From: Escherichia virus TH43
Strand: one strand, 5' to 3'
DNA: 64,000 bases
Sequence record: MT446414.1
The translations under genes were made by a program, and so were the position numbers. Shown here one piece after another: positions 9,322-16,754 of the stretch. Position 1 is the first letter of the stretch. Each line of letters starts with the position of its first letter. The notes beneath the pieces are model-generated. The model made no database searches. It saw only the letters and a list, made by a program, of their open reading frames with translations, and was not told the DNA's origin.

Positions 9322-9345
9322 GCTACCTTCGGGTGGCTTTTCTTG
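9321..9345 (+). terminator. rho-independent terminator
   Basis: AGCTACC-TTCG-GGTGGCT hairpin plus T-tract. Confidence 0.6.
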
Positions 9346-9359
9346 TATAAGGGGCTGGT

Positions 9360-9752
9360 ATGAAGATTGGCTTAGATTATGACGACACTTTTACAGCGGA
9401 CAAAGAGATGTGGACACATATCATAGGACTTATGAAGTCCCGTGGTCATGATGTTCGTATCGTGACTTACCGATTCGCTGAACCTAATGGGTATACAAAT
9501 GAAGAACTACTGGCAGATGCTGCTAGTCTAGATATCCCGGTTATCTTTTGCAATGGTGTTCAGAAGGATTCTGTTACCCAGAGCTTAGGTTTCTTTGTGG
9601 ATGTTTGGATTGATGACTTCCCTGTTGGTATTCCTAAAATGGACCACCTAGAAGGGATGCTGAAGGGCGTAAGACTTAACGACCTTAGAGCAGCACCTCC
9701 AGTAGAAATAGCTTCTCCTGTGTACTCTGAAGAGCCTCTGGTGATACGATGA
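9360..9752 (+). CDS. HAD-superfamily phosphatase-like protein
   Basis: HAD motif I LDYDDTF and motif IV WIDDF. Confidence 0.5.
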   Translation: MKIGLDYDDTFTADKEMWTHIIGLMKSRGHDVRIVTYRFAEPNGYTNEELLADAASLDIPVIFCNGVQKDSVTQSLGFFVDVWIDDFPVGIPKMDHLEGMLKGVRLNDLRAAPPVEIASPVYSEEPLVIR

Positions 9753-9928
9753 AAAAGTTCCTATGCTGGTCTATTGCCATTGCTCTATTTCTTTGGGTGA
9801 TGGATGCTCTTGGAGATTACAGTAAAGAAGATTGCGAGACTCGAATCTCAAAAGAGTTTAAATCAGAGACCAAGTGGGTTGACGGTCGCTGTTACATCAA
9901 GGATTGGGGGAGAGTCTTATCAAGATGA
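9749..9928 (+). CDS. small secreted/membrane protein (59 aa)
   Basis: manual translation MKKFLCWSIAIALFLWVMDA...; ATGA overlaps. Confidence 0.35.
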   Translation: MKKFLCWSIAIALFLWVMDALGDYSKEDCETRISKEFKSETKWVDGRCYIKDWGRVLSR

Positions 9929-10104
9929 AGAAATACAGCGTATGGTTTAATGAAGAAGAAGAGGGTTTTGATGAAGTTGGTGGTTGGGTTAATATCCTAA
10001 ACACAGACGACATAGAAGAGGCCGAGAAATGCGCCCTAAACTACAACTCTGGATATTATGAAAGAAATTGGGAGCACGATGAAATACTACAAAGTAGTTT
10101 ATAA
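9925..10104 (+). CDS. small acidic protein; paralog of 10672..10839
   Basis: shared VW..E..E...GGW..IL.TDD.EEAE....NY.YYE. Confidence 0.45.
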   Translation: MKKYSVWFNEEEEGFDEVGGWVNILNTDDIEEAEKCALNYNSGYYERNWEHDEILQSSL

Positions 10105-10264
10105 GTTAAATTTATACCTTCGTGGAACAGGAAGTCTTGAAGTGTCAGGGTGTAAAGTTGTAGAAGAAGAAAACCCTATTAAAGCTGTTGAGAAGGTTGA
10201 AGAGATTATCAAACTTGAAGAAATAGGAAGTTTTGAATTAGTCGATATTGAGGAAGTTAAATGA
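10079..10264 (+). CDS. small acidic protein
   Basis: ORF track 10058..10264; internal ATG 10079. Confidence 0.4.
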   Translation: MKYYKVVYKLNLYLRGTGSLEVSGCKVVEEENPIKAVEKVEEIIKLEEIGSFELVDIEEVK

Positions 10265-10485
10265 TCTACGTTCACACTTACACGATTGGAAAGAAGACAG
10301 TTGACCGAGTTCATACTGATGAATCCGAAGCTCAGGCTTCTCTAGCGGTTCTAGGTGGCAAGGTTAAAAATTATGTAGAGGCTAGTAAACCAGCTAGTAG
10401 CCCACCTGTTCTAGAGTATCTCGGAACAAATAATCCAGTCACAGCGATGACTATCATCAATAATAAACAGAGGGAGTTGTTGTAA
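10261..10485 (+). CDS. hypothetical protein
   Basis: ORF track. Confidence 0.45.
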   Translation: MIYVHTYTIGKKTVDRVHTDESEAQASLAVLGGKVKNYVEASKPASSPPVLEYLGTNNPVTAMTIINNKQRELL

Positions 10486-10688
10486 TGTCTAATATTTACG
10501 TCACACAAACTGTAGGACATATCAGTGATTACAAATACCAAGTGATTGCTGATCGGCATGAACTACTGACTTTTGTTGACCTTATGGCTCTGAAAGAAGA
10601 GGTTGATAAGCTGGTGTCAGATGAACAATCCCGACTCTTACAAGAGTCTCTCAGCGGAGATTATATCTGCGATGGCTGTACTATCTAA
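10485..10688 (+). CDS. hypothetical protein
   Basis: ORF track. Confidence 0.45.
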   Translation: MSNIYVTQTVGHISDYKYQVIADRHELLTFVDLMALKEEVDKLVSDEQSRLLQESLSGDYICDGCTI

Positions 10689-10839
10689 AAGGTTTAAAGT
10701 CTGGCTAGACGAAGGGGCTGAATATCCTGAAGGTTTTGGCTGGAGAGTGATTCTGGAAACAGACGATAGGGAGGAGGCTGAAACGAAAGCCGAATCCTTC
10801 AACTACTCATATTACGAGGACACGTACGAGAATGGCTGA
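10672..10839 (+). CDS. small acidic protein; paralog of 9925..10104
   Basis: ORF track 10603..10839; internal ATG 10672. Confidence 0.4.
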   Translation: MAVLSKRFKVWLDEGAEYPEGFGWRVILETDDREEAETKAESFNYSYYEDTYENG

Positions 10840-11452
10840 AGTTTACTTTGCAGGTGATGGTCACCTAGGCCATCGTAACATCTGTAATTTTAGAAAGAAG
10901 TTTAGCAGTATTGAAGAACATGACAAAGCTATCCTAGCAGCTTTTGACCATGTTACTAAACGTGATAAAACTTTCTTTACAGGTGATTGGGTGTTTGAGA
11001 AATACGCACTTGATATTATCGCTGAAGTGAAAGGAGAGAAACATCTTGTCCTAGGAAACCATGACAGATTAGAACTTCTCCCTGATATGATGAAAGTCTT
11101 TAGACACATCAGTGGTGATTATAAGTACAAAGAGTTTTGGGTAACTCATATTCCTATTCACTCTGATGAAATGAGAGGGAAGTATAATATCTATGCTCAT
11201 ACTCATAATTCTACTATTAAAGATTGGAGATACTTTTGTACTTCTATGGAACAAATTGATTATAGAGCTGTATCTCTGCAAGAGATTAGAAAAGAACTAG
11301 AAAGTAGGAAAGAGTGGGTAGCTTCTTTATTACAAAAAGATTATCCAATTACCAGCGAAGTACAAGAGATGTTAAGTAAACAAGCTGAATCTAACTCACC
11401 TTTTCAGAGAACAGTAGAACAAACTAGCTTTAAAGGTCTTTTAGAATGGTAG
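10832..11452 (+). CDS. calcineurin-like metallophosphoesterase
   Basis: GDGHLGH and LVLGNHD metal-binding motifs. Confidence 0.65.
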   Translation: MAEVYFAGDGHLGHRNICNFRKKFSSIEEHDKAILAAFDHVTKRDKTFFTGDWVFEKYALDIIAEVKGEKHLVLGNHDRLELLPDMMKVFRHISGDYKYKEFWVTHIPIHSDEMRGKYNIYAHTHNSTIKDWRYFCTSMEQIDYRAVSLQEIRKELESRKEWVASLLQKDYPITSEVQEMLSKQAESNSPFQRTVEQTSFKGLLEW

Positions 11453-11724
11453 AAGTTCTTGTTTTTAAGTTAAGTTAATTAGTTTTCTTTTGATTTTAAT
11501 AGAGAATCAAAGTCCTAGGAGTCCTCAACCTAAATCAAGGATTTCCTTAATTCTCTATTTTTATCTCGCAGGTGTCTCCTGCCCTTCGGTACTTGCAAGG
11601 GTTACGATGATTGCCCAATATACAAGCCTGCAATAGCTTTACTAGCTATACCATATATACATTACTACTTACTGTTATCTACTACCAAAAAGGTTATAGT
11701 ATAATAGAACCTTATCTGTATAGG

Positions 11725-11745
11725 TGTAATGTATATAGTATACCA
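11725..11745 (+). promoter_or_regulatory. candidate phage-specific promoter motif (GTGTAATGTATATAGTATACC)
   Basis: best copy of the TAATGTATATA motif, 50 nt upstream of the SSB-like gene. Confidence 0.4.
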
Positions 11746-11794
11746 ACCGCTCAAAGAGAGCAACAATCTTAAATTTATATAAGGAAATATTAAT

Positions 11795-12535
11795 ATGTCT
11801 ATGATCCCTGAACTGTCTGTATCCCGTAAATCCAACTACGATGTAATCCCTGATGGCGAGTACGAAGCACGCATTGTTCGTGTAGTAGGTTTAGGTGTTC
11901 ACAATCGTGACCCTTGGATTGACCCTAAGACCAAAGCAGTTACTCCTAAGAACCCAGCTTTCCGTATGGACTTGGCATTTGAACTGATTGGCGTTGACGC
12001 GACTGGTACAGATAATGATGGTAAGGCATTGGACCCACGTCCGGCTTGTCAGTTTAAATCCTTCGATGTAAACCCACGAGCTAAGAACTCTGGTATTCTG
12101 AACCTAATTAAAATGATCGACCCAAGTGTTCAAGCACTGAAAGGTGATTTGGGTTGGTTCAAAGATATGCTGCTTGGTCAGCCTGTCAACATTCTGGTTA
12201 ACTCTTACACCAACAAAGCTGGTGAGAAGAAAAACTCTATCAAGAGCATCACCCCCATCCCAACTAAGTATCGCGATGCTGTAGGTGCTCCTCGTAGTGA
12301 GTTGATCTTCTTCGAACCGTATGCTGAAACTGACGCTAACTTGGCTGCTTATCAAGCTATGTTCCCATTCCAACGTAACCTTCTGACCCAAGCTAACGAT
12401 GCTAAAAACATTCCTCTGGCTGGTCGTGAGGTTACTCGCGCTTCTGACACTGAACAGAAAGACGCGACTCCAAGTATCCCTACTATTAATGAAGAGCCGC
12501 AATCTACCTTTGAAGAAGATGACAGCCCTTTCTAA
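11795..12535 (+). CDS. candidate single-stranded DNA-binding protein with acidic C-terminal tail
   Basis: C-terminus FEEDDSPF; strong RBS; sits after a 340 bp noncoding region. Confidence 0.5.
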   Translation: MSMIPELSVSRKSNYDVIPDGEYEARIVRVVGLGVHNRDPWIDPKTKAVTPKNPAFRMDLAFELIGVDATGTDNDGKALDPRPACQFKSFDVNPRAKNSGILNLIKMIDPSVQALKGDLGWFKDMLLGQPVNILVNSYTNKAGEKKNSIKSITPIPTKYRDAVGAPRSELIFFEPYAETDANLAAYQAMFPFQRNLLTQANDAKNIPLAGREVTRASDTEQKDATPSIPTINEEPQSTFEEDDSPF

Positions 12536-12557
12536 TGAATCTCTCCTTGTAATAGCT

Positions 12558-12583
12558 TAGCCACCTTCGGGTGGCTTTTTTCG
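12558..12583 (+). terminator. rho-independent terminator
   Basis: AGCCACC-TTCG-GGTGGCT perfect hairpin plus TTTTTT. Confidence 0.65.
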
Positions 12584-12594
12584 TTGGAGTTAAA

Positions 12595-12942
12595 ATGGAA
12601 AAGCTTCAAAACAATATCGGCTTCTTAGTCTTTACAGCCCTTGTATTCTTTGGTGGGATGAAGTTTGAGCAATATCGAAATGATAGTAACACTCTTGACC
12701 AAGAGAAGAAACAACAAGAGATTGAGATTGAGAGAGCTAAGGCTGCTGATGAAGTAGCTCAGAAAGTTCTTACCAGTATAACCAACTGGAAGAAGAACAC
12801 AGAAACTGTTTATAAAGAGATGCATTATGAGAAGACTAAGCCAGTTTTTTACAATGTGTGCGCTAGCGATGAGTATGTCAGCTTGTTCAACGAGCGACAA
12901 CAGCAGGCAGCTAATGCCCTTACCAACAAACCTAAAAGCTGA
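12595..12942 (+). CDS. i-spanin-like protein (N-terminal TM helix, periplasmic coiled coil)
   Basis: TM IGFLVFTALVFFGG then a charged coiled-coil region. Confidence 0.45.
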   Translation: MEKLQNNIGFLVFTALVFFGGMKFEQYRNDSNTLDQEKKQQEIEIERAKAADEVAQKVLTSITNWKKNTETVYKEMHYEKTKPVFYNVCASDEYVSLFNERQQQAANALTNKPKS

Positions 12943-13087
12943 GTGTGATGTTGATCTCCCTTTGCTTCAGAGTGCACAGGGAGTGGCATTTGCAACGACA
13001 TTAGAGTGGTATCAGGATAATTATACAACCTGTGCTGCTAATCATAATGGTTTACTGAAAGCTCTCAAGGAGAGAGGAATACAATGA
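12854..13087 (+). CDS. o-spanin-like secreted lipoprotein candidate
   Basis: signal peptide MCALAMSMSAC; Pro-rich with Cys residues; starts inside 12595..12942 in a different frame. Confidence 0.4.
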   Translation: MCALAMSMSACSTSDNSRQLMPLPTNLKAECDVDLPLLQSAQGVAFATTLEWYQDNYTTCAANHNGLLKALKERGIQ

Positions 13088-13308
13088 TCAGAGCGGAACT
13101 TACAATACCAGAAGGTGTTACTCAATTTCATGCAGTATGGGAACATAATAATCAGATTTGGGGACGAACATTCAAATTCTTCATCAACGATGGTGAGTCT
13201 TATTGGGCTTATTATATAGCAGAAGATGATGAATGGGATAGAATTAGGCAACCTAGTGATCACATCCCTTGTCCTGACACAGCAATGTATTTGTTCTGTG
13301 TAGTTTAA
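13084..13308 (+). CDS. hypothetical protein
   Basis: ORF track. Confidence 0.45.
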   Translation: MIRAELTIPEGVTQFHAVWEHNNQIWGRTFKFFINDGESYWAYYIAEDDEWDRIRQPSDHIPCPDTAMYLFCVV

Positions 13309-13332
13309 TATAAAATAAGTTAAGGACGACTT

Positions 13333-13983
13333 ATGAAGAAGAAGACAACACCCACACGCTATCGTATTCATGGCATTCCTATTAAATATTATCCAACCTT
13401 CGATGAATTCTATCGAGAGAACTGGAAAGTTGTGCATCGCTATTTCATGTATGACATTAAAGATTATCACGAAGCAGAGGATGTTGCTCAGGAAGTGTTA
13501 CTGAACGCTTGGCGTTTTGTGTTCGCAAAGCAAGAAGAACTTCTGCTCACTGATGAAAAAGATATTGAACACATGACCTATCGTGTTAAGAATATCATCT
13601 GGTCTATTCGTTCTAATCGTCAGACAGTTGGAGATCGACGTATCTATTCTATTCCAGAGGCTGATATGTTTAGACCTCCTGAGATGAACTCATGGGAAAG
13701 TCCTTTAGAGATTGCGATGGATAAGCATGACTCTACTGGAGACCCATTCTTGGAATCTAGAATCTTTTTCTTCTTCCAAGACTTAAGTGATATTATGGAT
13801 ACCAAGAAAATGGCAAGCATGTTCTCTATGCTCTTCCTTGGAATACCTCATGATCATATTCAGCAGCAGTTAGGAATTTCACACGGAACCTTCTATCGCC
13901 GATATGCAGAGAATCGTGATCTGTATGAAGCTGTAGTAGAGAAGCACTTTGATAAAGAAGATCTTCAAGGGATGATTCAATAA
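13333..13983 (+). CDS. phage-encoded sigma factor (sigma-70 family, ECF-like)
   Basis: region 2-like RYFMYD...[14 protein letters not shown]; region 4 HTH-like [21 protein letters not shown]. Confidence 0.65.
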   Translation: MKKKTTPTRYRIHGIPIKYYPTFDEFYRENWKVVHRYFMYDIKDYHEAEDVAQEVLLNAWRFVFAKQEELLLTDEKDIEHMTYRVKNIIWSIRSNRQTVGDRRIYSIPEADMFRPPEMNSWESPLEIAMDKHDSTGDPFLESRIFFFFQDLSDIMDTKKMASMFSMLFLGIPHDHIQQQLGISHGTFYRRYAENRDLYEAVVEKHFDKEDLQGMIQ

Positions 13984-14579
13984 TGAGTAAACCATTAGTA
14001 GTAATTCTGAATGGACCTCCGGGTTGTGGTAAAGACACAATCGCTAATGCTTGGCTAGAATTCACTAAAGAGAACATCGAATTTAAGCCACATATAAAGG
14101 CTTTTAAGGAGCCTATGTACCGAGTTGCTGCTGCTGCATTAGGTATTCCTATTGACGAGTTCATGGAGCTGTATAGCGACCGTGAGTGGAAAGAACGAAG
14201 CCGTCCTGAATGGGGCGGTAAGTCAGTTCGAGATTTAATGATTGCAACTAGTGAGAGCTACTTGAAGCCAATGTTTGGTGACACCTGTATGGGTAAATTG
14301 GCTGTTAGTAGTATCAAACAACAACTGTTAGGACAGAAAGATGTTATCGTCTTCTCTGATGGTGGATTCAAAGCAGAGGTTTCAGAACTGGAAGAACAAT
14401 TCCATGTTCAAGTAGTTCAGATTCTTCGTGATGGTTGCACTTTTGAAGGAGACTCTCGTTCTTACATCGAAGGCAGTCAGAGAAACACATATTACCTAGT
14501 AAACGATTCTACTGTAGAAGATGCAATAGACTATTTAAATTGGATTGTTGTACGGACACGGAGAGATCTCTATGTCTGA
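13983..14579 (+). CDS. P-loop kinase, deoxynucleoside monophosphate kinase-like
   Basis: Walker A GPPGCGKDT. Confidence 0.55.
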   Translation: MSKPLVVILNGPPGCGKDTIANAWLEFTKENIEFKPHIKAFKEPMYRVAAAALGIPIDEFMELYSDREWKERSRPEWGGKSVRDLMIATSESYLKPMFGDTCMGKLAVSSIKQQLLGQKDVIVFSDGGFKAEVSELEEQFHVQVVQILRDGCTFEGDSRSYIEGSQRNTYYLVNDSTVEDAIDYLNWIVVRTRRDLYV

Positions 14580-15393
14580 TGTAATTTATCCTGAAGTAGC
14601 AATTGTGGATGCAGATGTTCTGCGATATGAAGTCGGTGCTCTTACACAAGAGCATCCTTTTCTAGACACAGGTCGTGTTCCAGTTGATTATGGATTCTTG
14701 ATTGAACGACTTCAACATAAAATAGATGTAATCATTGCAAGGTCTGGTTGCGAGAAAACAATCTTTTACTTCAGCGAAGGTGGTAATTTTCGGTTTGATA
14801 TTGCTAAGCAGCAAGGTTATAAAGCTAATCGACCACCGGGAGAAAGACCTCACCACTGGCAAAATGTTAGTGATTACATTAAAGAGAATTATGAATTCGT
14901 TGAAGTTTTTGGGAGAGAGGCAGATGACGCCTTAGCTGAAAGACAGAGACGTGATAAGAACACTATCATTTGCACCCGTGATAAAGATTTGTTAATCACC
15001 CCCGGATGGCATTACCGTTGGGCTTGCGGGGAGAGACAGAAAGAAGTACCTCCTCACTATGTACCAGAGGAAGTAGCATGGCAGAACTTCTTCTATCAGA
15101 TGTTGATTGGGGACAGTACAGATAACATCCCCGGATGTGGTGAGAAAGTTGAAATGATGTGGGGCGGTAACTTAGTTATGCGTCGTAAGGGTATTGGTAG
15201 CAAAGCTGCTATCAAGCTTATTGAGAAGGTATTCGATAAGTGGACTCTTTATCATATTATACGAATGGAATACTATAAGAGGTTCGAGGAAGAAGCAGAA
15301 GCTAAGATGTTAGAAAATGCTCGATTGCTCTTCGTTGGACAAGCTGAAGGCGACCTCTTTGATTGGTCGTGGTTAGATAAATCTTGGGAATAA
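14572..15393 (+). CDS. 5'-3' exonuclease / flap endonuclease
   Basis: FEN motifs GYKANR, READDAL, TRDKDLL, GDSTDNIPG; RBS GGAGAG. Confidence 0.75.
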   Translation: MSDVIYPEVAIVDADVLRYEVGALTQEHPFLDTGRVPVDYGFLIERLQHKIDVIIARSGCEKTIFYFSEGGNFRFDIAKQQGYKANRPPGERPHHWQNVSDYIKENYEFVEVFGREADDALAERQRRDKNTIICTRDKDLLITPGWHYRWACGERQKEVPPHYVPEEVAWQNFFYQMLIGDSTDNIPGCGEKVEMMWGGNLVMRRKGIGSKAAIKLIEKVFDKWTLYHIIRMEYYKRFEEEAEAKMLENARLLFVGQAEGDLFDWSWLDKSWE

Positions 15394-15403
15394 GGATATT
15401 ATA

Positions 15404-15595
15404 ATGGGTAAATTTGACTATCGTTCGTATGATGAAAATTCCTCTAATCGTGAGTCTCGTAAAGACCAGAAGATTAAACATCAAGCATTTGATCGTCGTA
15501 CTGGACGTATCCCTCGTGCTGAAAAAGAATCACATCGTATTAACAAACGTATTTGGGAAGATGCTGATATGGATGTAGGTTATGGCGAAAGCTGA
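15404..15595 (+). CDS. small basic protein
   Basis: ORF track. Confidence 0.4.
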   Translation: MGKFDYRSYDENSSNRESRKDQKIKHQAFDRRTGRIPRAEKESHRINKRIWEDADMDVGYGES

Positions 15596-15986
15596 GAAAA
15601 CTAGATGCTCCGGTCAGTGGACTGAAGCACGATATAACTCCTTCATCAAATCAGGGATTCGTTCTCTGACTAGAAAATGGAAGCCTATGTTTGACTCTCT
15701 TAAAGAGGCTCAGACAGAGCGTAAGATCAACCCTAAAACTGGCAAGCTGGCAATGCACTATAAGTGTGCCTTGTGTGGTAATGACTCTCCTCTGAAAGAG
15801 GTAGCTGTCGACCATATAGAACCTATTGTTCCAGTGGACCATGAAGCTACTTGGGATGAAATTATCGAGAGAGCTTTGGTTGAAGTAGATGGCTTTCAAG
15901 TCTTGTGTAAAGAACCTTGTCATAAGATTAAAACTAAGGAAGAGAATGATGCAAGACGAGAATTTAAAAAATCTAGAGACTCCTGA
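15582..15986 (+). CDS. HNH endonuclease
   Basis: CALCG...VDHIEPIVPV...CHKIKTKEEN. Confidence 0.65.
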   Translation: MAKAEKTRCSGQWTEARYNSFIKSGIRSLTRKWKPMFDSLKEAQTERKINPKTGKLAMHYKCALCGNDSPLKEVAVDHIEPIVPVDHEATWDEIIERALVEVDGFQVLCKEPCHKIKTKEENDARREFKKSRDS

Positions 15987-16248
15987 AGAAAGAGAAGTCT
16001 TTGAATCTATGAATAAGGAAAACACCTATGATCAAGTATCTACGAAACAAGTTCTTCGCTTTAGCTATCGTAATTGGAGAGGTGAAATTGCAGACCGCTC
16101 CGTTGTTCCTATACGAACCTCAGTTGCTTCTTCCCGTTATCATAATGGGGGCAAACCTTGTTGGATAATGACCGCTTGGGACAACGATAAGAATGACATT
16201 AGAGAGTTTAAGCTCTCTGATATTATTAAGTATTATGATTTAATCTAG
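15946..16248 (+). CDS. hypothetical protein
   Basis: ORF track 15889..16248; internal ATG after RBS AAGGAAGAGA. Confidence 0.45.
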   Translation: MMQDENLKNLETPEEREVFESMNKENTYDQVSTKQVLRFSYRNWRGEIADRSVVPIRTSVASSRYHNGGKPCWIMTAWDNDKNDIREFKLSDIIKYYDLI

Positions 16249-16256
16249 GAGAACAA

Positions 16257-16523
16257 ATGGATTTTAGTTCAGCACTTGTTAAAGTAAAAGAAGGGAAAAA
16301 GATCACCCGCTCTGGTTGGAATGGTGCAAACCAGTTCGTCTTTAAAGCAGGTGGTTATGAAGTAGAGGAAGCTCGACCGGGTTCTCTTTATGAAAAAGCT
16401 GATATTGTAGGTCAATTCTATATTGCCCCTCATTTAGTTTTAAAGAATGCTCAAGGTATTATACAGCCCGGATGGGTTCCATCTCAAGGCGACCTGTTTG
16501 CAAACGATTGGGAGATTTTATGA
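16257..16523 (+). CDS. DUF2829-like small protein (candidate Tad2-like anti-Thoeris sponge)
   Basis: MDFSSALVKVKEGKKITRSGWNG...GW.PSQGDLFANDWEIL pattern, recalled as DUF2829-like. Confidence 0.45.
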   Translation: MDFSSALVKVKEGKKITRSGWNGANQFVFKAGGYEVEEARPGSLYEKADIVGQFYIAPHLVLKNAQGIIQPGWVPSQGDLFANDWEIL

Positions 16524-16718
16524 TTGACTTCGAAGAAGAAAATTGGGATGTATGATGAATTCGATGGATTCTAGTAGCCTTGGGTTTTCTCTTTGTTCTA
16601 ATAACTTCTATTAAGAGCAAGGACACACCCCTACTGTACAGTAGATATGGCAAGAGAAGTGGAAAAGGTTTGATATTTAAGTGTCGAATCTTTTCTTATT
16701 TATATCTAGAAATAAAGA

Positions 16719-16752
16719 AGCCCCCTTCCTTTTCAGGTTGGGGGCTTTTCTC
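16719..16752. terminator. bidirectional rho-independent terminator at the convergent junction
   Basis: AGCCCCC...GGGGGCT hairpin with T-tracts on both strands. Confidence 0.6.
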
Positions 16753-16754
16753 GT

